Source of the DNA: a virus
Taxonomy: Duplodnaviria > Caudoviricetes
Reading direction: 5' to 3' (one strand)
DNA: 53,724 nt
IMG/VR virus record: IMGVR_UViG_3300035008_000006
Location: 1 to 53,724 of that record
A program made the translations under genes and the position numbers. The notes below the pieces were generated by a model. That model was not told the origin of the DNA. It did not search any database and was given only the letters and a program-made list of their open reading frames with translations. Of this stretch, positions 28,686 through 37,765 are shown one piece after another; positions within the stretch are counted from its first letter, which is position 1, and each line of letters starts with the position of its first letter.

Positions 28686-29617
28686 TCCTGCGTCCTGAAC
28701 TGGCCGCGCGAGTGTTCAACACGCCGCTGTTGATGCATCCGGGCAAGCTCGATGCTGCCCTCGCCGGCATCGGCGGACGGATCGTCGAGGGCGGCGTGGT
28801 GCTGGAGGGCGCCGGCGAACGCATCGATCATGCGGCGTTTGAAAATGGCCAGCCATTGGCTGGTCGCATCGGCGATCGTACGGGTCGGCGATATGACGCC
28901 AACGGGTCAGCCATGTTCGACACGATCGATAGGGTCGCCCTGATCCCGATCGAAGGCACGCTGGTGCACAAGGGTGCTTATGTCGGCGCCATGTCCGGGA
29001 GAACTTCATATGAGGGACTGCAAGCGCAAGTGCTGCGCGCCCTACGCAATCCCGCCATAAAGGCTGCGATATTCGAGGTCGACAGCTTCGGTGGCGAGCT
29101 TGCCGGGGCGTTCGAGACCGCGGACCTGATCGCCCGGCTGTCGGCCGAAAAGCCGACGCTGGCCATTCTGACCGATCACGCCCTGTCGGCCGGCTACCTT
29201 CTGGCCTCGGCGGCGCGCCAGATCGTGATGCCCGAACACGGGCGCGCCGGCTCCATCGGCGTCGTGACCTTGCATACCGATTGGTCGAAGGCGCTCGAAC
29301 AGCAGGGCGTGAAGATCACGGTCCTGCGGGCGGGCGCCCGGAAAATGGCTGGCAACCCGTTCGAGACCCTCCCCGAAGACGTCGCCCAGCGAATGGTCGG
29401 CGATCTCGAAGCAGCAAGGCAGACCTTCGCCGAGAGCATTGGGCGCTATCGCGGCTCGCGTTTTACGTCGCAAGCCGCCCTGGCAACCGAGGCGCAGGAC
29501 TATCGCGGCCGGGATGCGGTTGCGCTCGGGCTTGCCGACGCCACCGGTCACGCACTGGAAGCCTTCGACAACTTCGTGCGAGCGATCAACGCCAGAAACA
29601 GGGCGGGGGACCCATAG
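28682..29617 (+). CDS. S49 family prohead protease
   Basis: DSFGG, ALSAGYLLAS, GSIGV, GNPF. Confidence 0.9.
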   Translation: MILRPELAARVFNTPLLMHPGKLDAALAGIGGRIVEGGVVLEGAGERIDHAAFENGQPLAGRIGDRTGRRYDANGSAMFDTIDRVALIPIEGTLVHKGAYVGAMSGRTSYEGLQAQVLRALRNPAIKAAIFEVDSFGGELAGAFETADLIARLSAEKPTLAILTDHALSAGYLLASAARQIVMPEHGRAGSIGVVTLHTDWSKALEQQGVKITVLRAGARKMAGNPFETLPEDVAQRMVGDLEAARQTFAESIGRYRGSRFTSQAALATEAQDYRGRDAVALGLADATGHALEAFDNFVRAINARNRAGDP

Positions 29618-29835
29618 ATTTGCCGGGGGCGAAGCTTCGCGAGTTCGAAATGCTCCTTGTGCGCACCATGCCGCAGCGCAACGCAATGACGCGATGGACC
29701 AAAGTTGGGCTTACGTTCGGACGACATACTATCGGAACCATTCAAACCCGAACTGGGCGTGCTTTCCGACATTGCCGAGGTATCGACCCGCAGCGGAGCA
29801 TCTTAAGAACTTGATGGATGGTCGACGAAAAACGC

Positions 29836-30989
29836 TCACAGCGAATATGGGAACTTCAATACCGTGGCCGTACCCTTCGTTACTTCGAGAACGGCGAGCC
29901 GGCCCCCAAGCTGGCGCGAGAGACCTTCAACCAACTGTAGCCCAAGCGAGCCGGCCCGCTTTGGTCCCATGCCGCGTCCGTTGTCCCGCACATCAAGCTG
30001 TGCTTCCCCGATTGCTTCGTTCACCCGCAGAGTGACGTTGATTATACCGCCCTCTTCGTCGAATGCGTATTTGACCGAGTTGGTCCCAACTCATTAAGAA
30101 TGAGTCCGACCAAAACCGCGCGGTCCAGCGGGATGCTCGCCGAGTCAAAGTCCGTGTCGATCGTGAGGTTTGGACGACGCGGGTCGATATTGGCGCAAAG
30201 CGACTTCAGATAATCGCGCATATTAACACTGCTGCCGCTTTTCTTGAAAGAAAGCTGATCGTGCGCCAGACCAATAGCCATCACGCGATCCATCACGCGA
30301 CCGATACGCGACCTCGCTTCTTCAGTCGCAGATTCCCTGCCTTGCAATGCGAGAAAGCTAACAATCACCTGCAAATTGTTCTTCATCCTATGCTGCAGCT
30401 CGCGCAGCATGATCTCGGCCTCGGCTCTGCCTTCGTTGATTAGCGACGCGGCCTTTGCAGCTGCGTTTTGCGCCGCGACCTTCGCGAGCGCCGCGCCAAG
30501 GATGTTGGCAAAAATGGCTAGCGAGTGAATGTCGAATTCAGAAAACGCAGTCTTTTCGACGGTGTCGACCTCGAGCACGCCCCAATGCGTACCGTCAACG
30601 AACACCGGTACGTTGAGCACGGATACAATTCCATGCTCTCGTAAAACGTCGGGATAGCGAAATTCCGGATCGTTCGCTATGTCTTCGACGACGACCGGAG
30701 CACCGGTTTGCATCGAGCGGCCGGGTGCGGAAAATCGGTCTGCGCTAAAGGTGGCGTGGCCGACAACGCCCGGCTTCCAACCGACCCCTGCTTCGATTAA
30801 GAGGTCGCCTCGGTCGGGACGATAACGCAAGACCTTCGTATGCTTGATGTGGGTAACACGAGCTACCTGTGCAGCGGCATTCTGCAACAGACCTGGACTT
30901 GAGCCTGATTCATCCACAATTCGCGTGAATGTAGCGAGCGCGCGCCTGTAGCTAAGCGCCTTTTCTGGATCAAGTACCGGACCGGTCAT
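29836..30989 (-). pseudogene. GAF plus HisKA_2 sensor histidine kinase, frameshifted
   Basis: ELQHRMKNNLQ H-box; 1-nt loss near 30085 breaks LNEL(V)TNSVKYAF; DNGRGM..GLQLV continues in 29836..30024. Confidence 0.85.
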
Positions 30990-30997
30990 ATGCGGGC

Positions 30998-31022
30998 AAC
31001 GTGGGGCAAGTTACAGGGTTCC
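30998..31022 (-). promoter_or_regulatory. EcfG/SigT general-stress-response promoter
   Basis: GGAAC-N16-CGTT on minus strand, ending 8 nt before the kinase ATG. Confidence 0.7.
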
Positions 31023-31208
31023 ATAGGCGGTAGCACCATGTCTGGAGCAGGTCCCCGAACCGCTGTGGGTCAATCGCCACGAGGGCTGCCAGGCGGCAAG
31101 TCTGGCTTTTCCGCCGACAGCGAAAGTAAATTCAGAGCACTAGCGAGACCCGGCCAACAAGATTTCAAATTGGTCACGCGCTAATAATTTCAGCCCTGGG
31201 AGACAGCA

Positions 31209-31661
31209 ATGCGAGACGTAATACTGGCAGCCGCCGGCGTTGCGGTTGAGTCTGACACCATGCCCGTTCGCGACGATGCGGAGCAGGTCGAGAAAGGCAA
31301 TGACGTCGCCGTCCAACTGAGCGAAGCACGTTTAGCCGGTGTGACCGAGGGCGTGCGCCGCGGTGGACTGGCGGAACGAGATCGGATCAAAGCCATCCTG
31401 ACGGGCGAGACGACCAAGGGGCGGGAGAGCCTTGCCCAGTATTTTGCCTTCGAGACCGACTTCCCGGCCGAGGTCGCGCTGGCGGCCCTCGCCAAGTCGC
31501 CGCCGACCAAGAGTGGACTCGACGATGCCATGGCGCGAGAGGCGCAGCCCAAGCTCGGCGCCGGCGGCGAGCGGATAAGCCATGAGCCGCCCCGCGTGAT
31601 CAGCACCGAGGACATCTATGCGCGCCGCCGGGCTGCGATAACAGCCGCTGCCAAAGCTTAA
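31209..31661 (+). CDS. scaffold-like protein (Nu3-like)
   Basis: AERDRIKAIL..GRESLA..LDDAM; GGGAGA RBS. Confidence 0.75.
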   Translation: MRDVILAAAGVAVESDTMPVRDDAEQVEKGNDVAVQLSEARLAGVTEGVRRGGLAERDRIKAILTGETTKGRESLAQYFAFETDFPAEVALAALAKSPPTKSGLDDAMAREAQPKLGAGGERISHEPPRVISTEDIYARRRAAITAAAKA

Positions 31662-31735
31662 GCGCCGCACACTCCAATTCTCGAACAACGCTAACGCACG
31701 TCCGCATCGATCGATGCGGCGAACAGGAGAACTTT

Positions 31736-32110
31736 ATGACCGTGCTCAACGAGAGCCCGCATGACGGCAACTTCATCCTTTCGGAAGATGCCGAGGGACG
31801 CTTGTCGCGCGACCAAATCGTGATCGCCTCCGGTGCTGGCAAGCTTTTGCCGGGCACCGTGCTCGGACAGGTGGCCGCGAGTGACAAATTCGTGCCATCG
31901 CCAGAAACCGCAGCTGATGGCTCGGAGACCGCCTCCGCCATCCTGGTCGGCCACGTCGATGCGACAAGCGCGGACGCGGTTGCGGTTGGCCTTATGCGCC
32001 ATGCGGAGGTGAACCGCTTCGGGCTCGTCTACGACGCCAGCGTCGATGACGACAGCAAGAAATCCGCCAAGTGGGATCAGTTGCGCGCTGCCGGCATCGT
32101 CGTGCGCTGA
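31736..32110 (+). CDS. head decoration protein
   Basis: LSRD..LPGTVLG..DGSETASAIL..GIVVR. Confidence 0.85.
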   Translation: MTVLNESPHDGNFILSEDAEGRLSRDQIVIASGAGKLLPGTVLGQVAASDKFVPSPETAADGSETASAILVGHVDATSADAVAVGLMRHAEVNRFGLVYDASVDDDSKKSAKWDQLRAAGIVVR

Positions 32111-32135
32111 AGGCATGGAACGTGGGGAATAGATA

Positions 32136-33161
32136 ATGGAACAGATCCTCGACGTCTTTAACAACGACGCCTTTAACTTTGTGTCGTTGACCGACTCGAT
32201 CAACAAGCTGCCCTTTGTGCCTGGTCGGCTCGGCTCGCTTGGGCTCTTCAATGAAGCGCCGGTACCGACGACGTCGATCGCGATCGAAGAGCAGGCCGGC
32301 ATTCTGACGCTGGTCAATCCGACGCCGCGGGGTGGTCCCGGCGAGACGCGCCCCAAGCCCTTGCGCCGGGCCCGCGTCCTGAAAGTCCCGCATTATCAGC
32401 TGGACGACAATGTGCTGGCTGAGGAAGTGCAGAATGTCCGCGAATTTGGGCCGCAGATGCAGTCCCGGTCTGTCGAGACCTATCTCGCAGGTCGCATGGA
32501 GATGTTCACCGCACAGCTCGACGTTACGACCGAATTCCAGCGCGTCGGCGCCATTAAAGGGCTGATCGTCGACCGCGATGGCAACACCATCTATGACCTT
32601 TATTCCGAATTCGGGGTTACCGCGGTCACACCGGTCAACTTTGCCCTCGGCAGCGCCAACACGGCCGTACGCAAGAAATGCAGCCAGCTCGTGCGCACCA
32701 TGGCGCAGACGCTCGGCGGGGTTGCTTTCACCAGCGTGTATGCGCTTTGCGGCGACACCTTCTGGGACGATCTGATCGAGCACGCCGAGGTACGCGATAC
32801 CTATCGCTACCAGGAGGGCGTCCGTTTGCGCGAGGGCGTGGTGTTCTCGACCCTGAAATATGGCGGTATCACCTTCGAGAATTACCGCGGCTGGATTGGT
32901 GGCGGCACCGATACGGGCGACACCATCACCCCGTTCATCGATCCGAACGAGGCGCATTTCTTCCCGCTGGGCACACCGAACCTGTTCAAGACCGTTTTCG
33001 CGCCGGCAGACTATATCGAGACCGTCAACACGCTTGGCCTGCCGCGCTACGCCAAGGCGATCCCGTCAGACAATAACAAGTCGGTGCGGCTTGAGATGCA
33101 GACCAATCCGCTGTCGCTGTGCCTGCGCCCGCGGGCGCTGATCAAAGGCGTCCATCATTAA
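32136..33161 (+). CDS. major capsid protein (gpE family)
   Basis: SLTDSINKLP..GLF, TTEFQRVGAIKG, QTNPL..RP. Confidence 0.92.
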   Translation: MEQILDVFNNDAFNFVSLTDSINKLPFVPGRLGSLGLFNEAPVPTTSIAIEEQAGILTLVNPTPRGGPGETRPKPLRRARVLKVPHYQLDDNVLAEEVQNVREFGPQMQSRSVETYLAGRMEMFTAQLDVTTEFQRVGAIKGLIVDRDGNTIYDLYSEFGVTAVTPVNFALGSANTAVRKKCSQLVRTMAQTLGGVAFTSVYALCGDTFWDDLIEHAEVRDTYRYQEGVRLREGVVFSTLKYGGITFENYRGWIGGGTDTGDTITPFIDPNEAHFFPLGTPNLFKTVFAPADYIETVNTLGLPRYAKAIPSDNNKSVRLEMQTNPLSLCLRPRALIKGVHH

Positions 33162-33195
33162 GGTACAGGGTTCAGTCGCACAGAGCGCCCGCACG

Positions 33196-33591
33196 ATGTC
33201 GCAATTTTTAGAGGCCTGGACCGCGCGACAACTAGCGCTCGATTGGGCTTTCGCCGAAACCATCCGCCTCGTACCGAGGCGGCCCGGAGGTTACACAGAT
33301 GCTGCGCCGGATCCGGATCGCGCGGAGCGGGAGCTGCTTGCGATCATCACCGAGACGCCACAGCGCAAGCGCACGGTCCAGAATGAGGTCGGTCGGGACT
33401 TCGACCGCGCCATTGTGATGGCCGACACCATCGCCAGTATCGATGCGGTGAGGCTTGGCGGCGAGTGGCCAAAGGTCGGTGATCGCGTGACCCTGCTCGA
33501 TCGGCCTGACCAGCCGGCCTTCGAGATCACGGTCATGGAAAGTGACGGTCTCGCCCGTATCCTTTTGTCGCTCGTGCGGATCACGACATGA
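33196..33591 (+). CDS. putative head closure protein
   Basis: Position after capsid gene; PKVGDRV beta-rich C-terminus. Confidence 0.6.
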   Translation: MSQFLEAWTARQLALDWAFAETIRLVPRRPGGYTDAAPDPDRAERELLAIITETPQRKRTVQNEVGRDFDRAIVMADTIASIDAVRLGGEWPKVGDRVTLLDRPDQPAFEITVMESDGLARILLSLVRITT

Positions 33592-34409
33592 GCCTTGCGG
33601 TTGCGGCCATCAAGATCGGGGCGCTGCGAGCGCTAAAGAGCAGGACCTCGGCCGGCGAGGCCGTGTTCGACAGTGCCATCGAGCCCTTCGATGCGTTGCG
33701 CGACCAGGGTGCGCCCGTTATCGTTGTCTACTGCGACAGCGGCAAGCGGCACGTTACGGGGCGTGAGCTCTTCAGCGCGCCGCAAGTCATCGACCTGTCG
33801 ATTGATATGTTTGTGGCGCAGGCGGTGACCGTCGATGCCGGCGAGACCGAGATCCGGATCCCGGCCTCCGACGAAGGCAACGAGGTGTATCTGCGAAGCC
33901 TCGCCTACGAGGTCGAGAAGGTTCTCCTTGCCGAAACATCGGTTTGGCCCGCTCTGTTTCGCAGGCTCTGGTTTCGCACCGGGCCGCAGGAATTTTGCGA
34001 ATGGGACCGCGGCGCTATCGCTGACAAGGGCCGGCGTCTGGCTCTGTTGCGGGCCATTTATAAAGTTGAGCCGATTGCCGAGCCGATCCCCGGCGCCGAA
34101 CCGACCGGGGTCTGGGCCGACCTCCTGACCGCCATGGAAGCCGATGTCGAGCTCGAAGGTATCGCGCGATATTGGCAGCAGCTCATTGCCGGCACCGCCA
34201 TTCCGGACTGGCAGCAGGCCCGGGTCGCGCTCGGGCTGAACAGTGTTCGCGGCATCGGACTCAGCCCGCTGCTCGACGATCCGACGCCGGACGAAAACGC
34301 GGCTCCAGTCGGAAGCGCAACGCTTGAGTTTCCGGGCGGCGCGTTCGAGGCAAACGAGCAGCGCGCGAACGACGCGCTTGGACCGCAGGAGCCTGAAGGC
34401 GATGCGTGA
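33588..34409 (+). CDS. putative tail completion protein
   Basis: Coupled ORF; T-AG-VFDS..PVIVVY motif. Confidence 0.55.
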   Translation: MSLAVAAIKIGALRALKSRTSAGEAVFDSAIEPFDALRDQGAPVIVVYCDSGKRHVTGRELFSAPQVIDLSIDMFVAQAVTVDAGETEIRIPASDEGNEVYLRSLAYEVEKVLLAETSVWPALFRRLWFRTGPQEFCEWDRGAIADKGRRLALLRAIYKVEPIAEPIPGAEPTGVWADLLTAMEADVELEGIARYWQQLIAGTAIPDWQQARVALGLNSVRGIGLSPLLDDPTPDENAAPVGSATLEFPGGAFEANEQRANDALGPQEPEGDA

Positions 34410-34992
34410 ACTTGCCGAACTGGTGGTGCGGATCGCCGAACTGGAACGCCGGTTCGCCAACATGATGCGCCATGGCACCGTCGAGCAGGTCGACGCCAAA
34501 AAGCAGCGCCTACGCATACGCCTTGGCGAAGGCGATGACGGCGCGCCATTCATCGGGCCATGGGTTCCCTATGCGCAACTCGCGGGCGATTTGAAGTTGC
34601 ACACGCCGCCGAGCAAGGGCCAGCAGATGACCATGCTCAACCCGACCGGCGATTTCCGGCAGGCGGTGGCGATCCCGCTCACCTGGAGCGATCGCAATCA
34701 GTCACCGTCCGAAAAGGAAAACGAGCATGTGCTCACCTTCGGCTCGGTGCGAGTCACGCTCAAGGAAAGCGAGCTCGAGTTCAAGATCGGCAATGATGCG
34801 CGGCTATTGATGACCGCGGACAAGATCGTGGCCGAGGTCGGCCAGACCAAGCTCGGCGTCAAGGGCGCTGCGGTTTACTCGGTCAAGACCACGCGGCTTG
34901 GCCTTGATGACGAAGGCGAGGCCGACGGCATCAAGCCAAAAGTCCTGACCGCCGGCGGCCCCGCCAAACAGACCGAAGCCAAGGTGGCGTAA
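34402..34992 (+). CDS. baseplate spike (P2 gpV-like)
   Basis: RHGTVEQVD..PWVP..PPSKGQQ..LNPTGD. Confidence 0.85.
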   Translation: MRELAELVVRIAELERRFANMMRHGTVEQVDAKKQRLRIRLGEGDDGAPFIGPWVPYAQLAGDLKLHTPPSKGQQMTMLNPTGDFRQAVAIPLTWSDRNQSPSEKENEHVLTFGSVRVTLKESELEFKIGNDARLLMTADKIVAEVGQTKLGVKGAAVYSVKTTRLGLDDEGEADGIKPKVLTAGGPAKQTEAKVA

Positions 34993-35011
34993 TGCTCAGC
35001 GGAATGACACG

Positions 35012-35206
35012 ATGGTGACGACCAAGGCTTACGAAACGACCGGCCTTAGCGAATGGGTGGCCGGCCGCAAAGTGCGCGCGGGCGAGGTGCTGGTTTTGAC
35101 GCAGGATCAGGCCGAGTACGAGCTGGCGCGTGGCTTGATCCGTGAGAGAGGCGCGCAGAAGCTTGCCGAGACTGCGATGCCGCGCCGGCCGCATCGTGGA
35201 AAATAG
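35012..35206 (+). CDS. small hypothetical protein
   Basis: WVAGRKV..LTQDQAEYELARG; in operon. Confidence 0.65.
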   Translation: MVTTKAYETTGLSEWVAGRKVRAGEVLVLTQDQAEYELARGLIRERGAQKLAETAMPRRPHRGK

Positions 35207-35209
35207 ACC

Positions 35210-35629
35210 ATGGCCGCCAAGCCCGTCGGCGCCGGCCTCGATCGCTGGACTGGCCGTCCGATCGCCGGTTGGGGTCATGTGGTTTTAAGCCTTGAGGCAA
35301 TCTTCTCGACCCCGTTCGGGTCGCGGGTCATGCGCCGCTGGATTGGCTCGCTGGTTCCCAACCTGCTCGGTAAGAATCTCGTGCCGGAGACGCTGCTGAA
35401 TTTCTTTACCGCACTGTTCGCTGCCCTCACCTTCGAGCCACGTTTCGCCTTGACCAGAATTGCCGTGCTTTCGCAGGCCGACGAACTGCGCACTGGGCGA
35501 TTGCGCCTGGAGTTGCAGGGAGCCTACCGCCCGCGCGCGCATCTTGGTGATTTCACCGTCGAAGGCCCGCGACGCGTCATTCTGTTCGCCAACGAGGACG
35601 GTCTCGTGACCGTCGAGAACCCGCTATGA
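35210..35629 (+). CDS. baseplate wedge gpW/gp25 family
   Basis: GLDRWTG..IFSTPFGSRVMRR..EPRF. Confidence 0.9.
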   Translation: MAAKPVGAGLDRWTGRPIAGWGHVVLSLEAIFSTPFGSRVMRRWIGSLVPNLLGKNLVPETLLNFFTALFAALTFEPRFALTRIAVLSQADELRTGRLRLELQGAYRPRAHLGDFTVEGPRRVILFANEDGLVTVENPL

Positions 35630-36552
35630 CCGTCGTCGTCAACGTCAATCGCTTCATTGCGCCGACGATCAACCCAGCGCATCTGCCGTTGCCGAACGCC
35701 ATCGAGGACCTCGACCAAGAGACGATCCTTGCGGCGCGGATGGCGGACTTCCAGGCGCGCGCCGATCAGACGGGCTTTGCCTATGACGTCGCAGGCCTTG
35801 AATTCGATCCGATCAAGATCGATCAGGAGGCGCATGCCCATCGCGAAACCCTGATGCGGGCCCGGGTGAATTCCGCGGTGCGCGCGGTGCTTCCGGCCTA
35901 TGCACAAGGCAGCGATCTCGACGCCATCGCGGCCCGGGCGAATGTCCGGCGCCTGGTGATCGAGCCGGAGACGCTCGACGCGCCGGCGGTGATGGAAACC
36001 GATTCGTCGCTACTCCTTCGCTATCTCACCTCCTTCGCGGTCCCCGCGGCCGGATCACCCGATGCCTATGTCTATCATGCGGCCAAAGCCTGGCCGCAGG
36101 CGCGGGACATTGCGGTACTGGGGCCTGGTGTGCACGGCATTCCCGGGCGCGCCGCAGTGTACCTGCTTGGGTCCGACGGGGCACCTGCGACAAACGAGAT
36201 CTGCGATCGCGTCCGCGCGGCACTGCATGCGCCAAATGTGAAGCCGCTCACCGATATCGTCACCGTGGCGCCGGCGGACATCATCGCTTACGAAATTGCG
36301 CTGACGATCACGCTGCCGCGCGGGCCGGCGCCGGCTGTGGTCGCGAAGGCGGCGGAGGAGCAGGTGCGCAAGGCCGCCGAGGCACGCTGTGCCATCGGTG
36401 CGACCGTCTATGCCAACGCCATCGAAGGCGCGGCCTATGTCGGGAATGTGCTGCGGGTGCGGCGCACCGCACCCGCCGATGACGTTGTCGTGGGACCGTC
36501 TCAGGCCGCGTTCTGCAGCGAGACTACGATCACGGTCGAGGTCGAACCGTGA
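35626..36552 (+). CDS. baseplate J protein
   Basis: AYAQGSDLD, AGSPDAYVYHA, VKPLTD. Confidence 0.9.
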   Translation: MTVVVNVNRFIAPTINPAHLPLPNAIEDLDQETILAARMADFQARADQTGFAYDVAGLEFDPIKIDQEAHAHRETLMRARVNSAVRAVLPAYAQGSDLDAIAARANVRRLVIEPETLDAPAVMETDSSLLLRYLTSFAVPAAGSPDAYVYHAAKAWPQARDIAVLGPGVHGIPGRAAVYLLGSDGAPATNEICDRVRAALHAPNVKPLTDIVTVAPADIIAYEIALTITLPRGPAPAVVAKAAEEQVRKAAEARCAIGATVYANAIEGAAYVGNVLRVRRTAPADDVVVGPSQAAFCSETTITVEVEP

Positions 36553-37757
36553 TCCCCTATCACGACCATATCCTTCCGGCCTCGGAGACGCCGTTCAATA
36601 AGGCGCTCGCCGCGCTGTCGACGCGGTGTGAGGCGATCGACGCACCGACGCGCGCGGTCTGGGATCCATGGACCTGTCCGCCGGAGTTCTTGCCGGTGCT
36701 GGCGCATGCCTTTTCGGTCGATCTGTGGTCGGAAGACTGGAGTGTGACGCGCAAGCGCAGCATCATTTCCAATGCGGTGCGCATGCATCGCGAAAAGGGC
36801 ACGCTCGCCGCAATCCATTCCTACCTGCCCTATGTGGATGCGCGGCCGCTGTCGGTGATTGCGCCGCCGCAGGTCGTCTATTCCGGCCCGCAGCTCACGC
36901 GCGCGCAGCGCGAAGCCTGGCTGTCCGGGTTGCCGCAGGTGCGCACCTGGCGGATGCGCGAGCGCGGCTTTCGCGGTCTTGCCCTGCATGCCGGCGGCTA
37001 TCATTTCGCAAGCTTTTTTCCGGCGGCTTATCCTAAGCCCTCGACCGCTTTCAAGCGCCTGCAACGTCGCGCGCGTTGGGTTCTGGGCGGCACCGAAACC
37101 GAGACCCGGGTGAGCGATTACGGCAGCTGGTTTCGCCTTCACATCAAGGCGCAGGGCGGCCGGCGGGTGTTCGTGCGCTCCGCCTTCAATGCCCGCTTCT
37201 TCCAGCCGTCGCAGGCTTGGCGGCGGATTGTGACGATTGCGCCGAAGACGCGTGACCATTGGCGGGCGCCGGTCGGACCGCATCTCGAAGCGGTGACCTC
37301 GGAGCCGGAGCGGATCAAGATCGAGGGGCACCGCGATGCCGGTGTGTTCTGCGGCCATTACGTTGGCAGCGGGTATTTCCGGTCATCATCTGCACCTCTG
37401 CGCATCTATTGGCGCTTTGCGGTGGCCGACGGCAGTCGAACCTTTAGACGACCTGCGATCCAGTTCATGGGCATCGGGCGCTATGGCTTTCCGGCGCACA
37501 CCGCTCATGTCCAAGTGTCGATGCCGGCCAGCCGCAAAAGCTTTGCCGCCGGCGAAGGCATCCTGTTGCGTCGCTCAAAATTTTGGCTGCCGCATGACCC
37601 GAACCGCACCCTCAATGCGCGGCGCGCGCTGATCGCAGCCAAGCGCGCCTCCGACCGCCTGATGATCCGCTATGCGCCACGGGCGCAAATCATCGCGGGA
37701 ACGATTTTCCTAGCCGGCATAGATCAGTTCGTCGTCGGCCGCCCCAGCCAAAGGTAA
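36549..37757 (+). CDS. tail protein I (P2 gpI-like) with long C-terminal extension
   Basis: WDPWTCPPEFLPVLA..SVDLW..HREKGT. Confidence 0.85.
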   Translation: MIPYHDHILPASETPFNKALAALSTRCEAIDAPTRAVWDPWTCPPEFLPVLAHAFSVDLWSEDWSVTRKRSIISNAVRMHREKGTLAAIHSYLPYVDARPLSVIAPPQVVYSGPQLTRAQREAWLSGLPQVRTWRMRERGFRGLALHAGGYHFASFFPAAYPKPSTAFKRLQRRARWVLGGTETETRVSDYGSWFRLHIKAQGGRRVFVRSAFNARFFQPSQAWRRIVTIAPKTRDHWRAPVGPHLEAVTSEPERIKIEGHRDAGVFCGHYVGSGYFRSSSAPLRIYWRFAVADGSRTFRRPAIQFMGIGRYGFPAHTAHVQVSMPASRKSFAAGEGILLRRSKFWLPHDPNRTLNARRALIAAKRASDRLMIRYAPRAQIIAGTIFLAGIDQFVVGRPSQR

Positions 37758-37765
37758 GTCAGACC

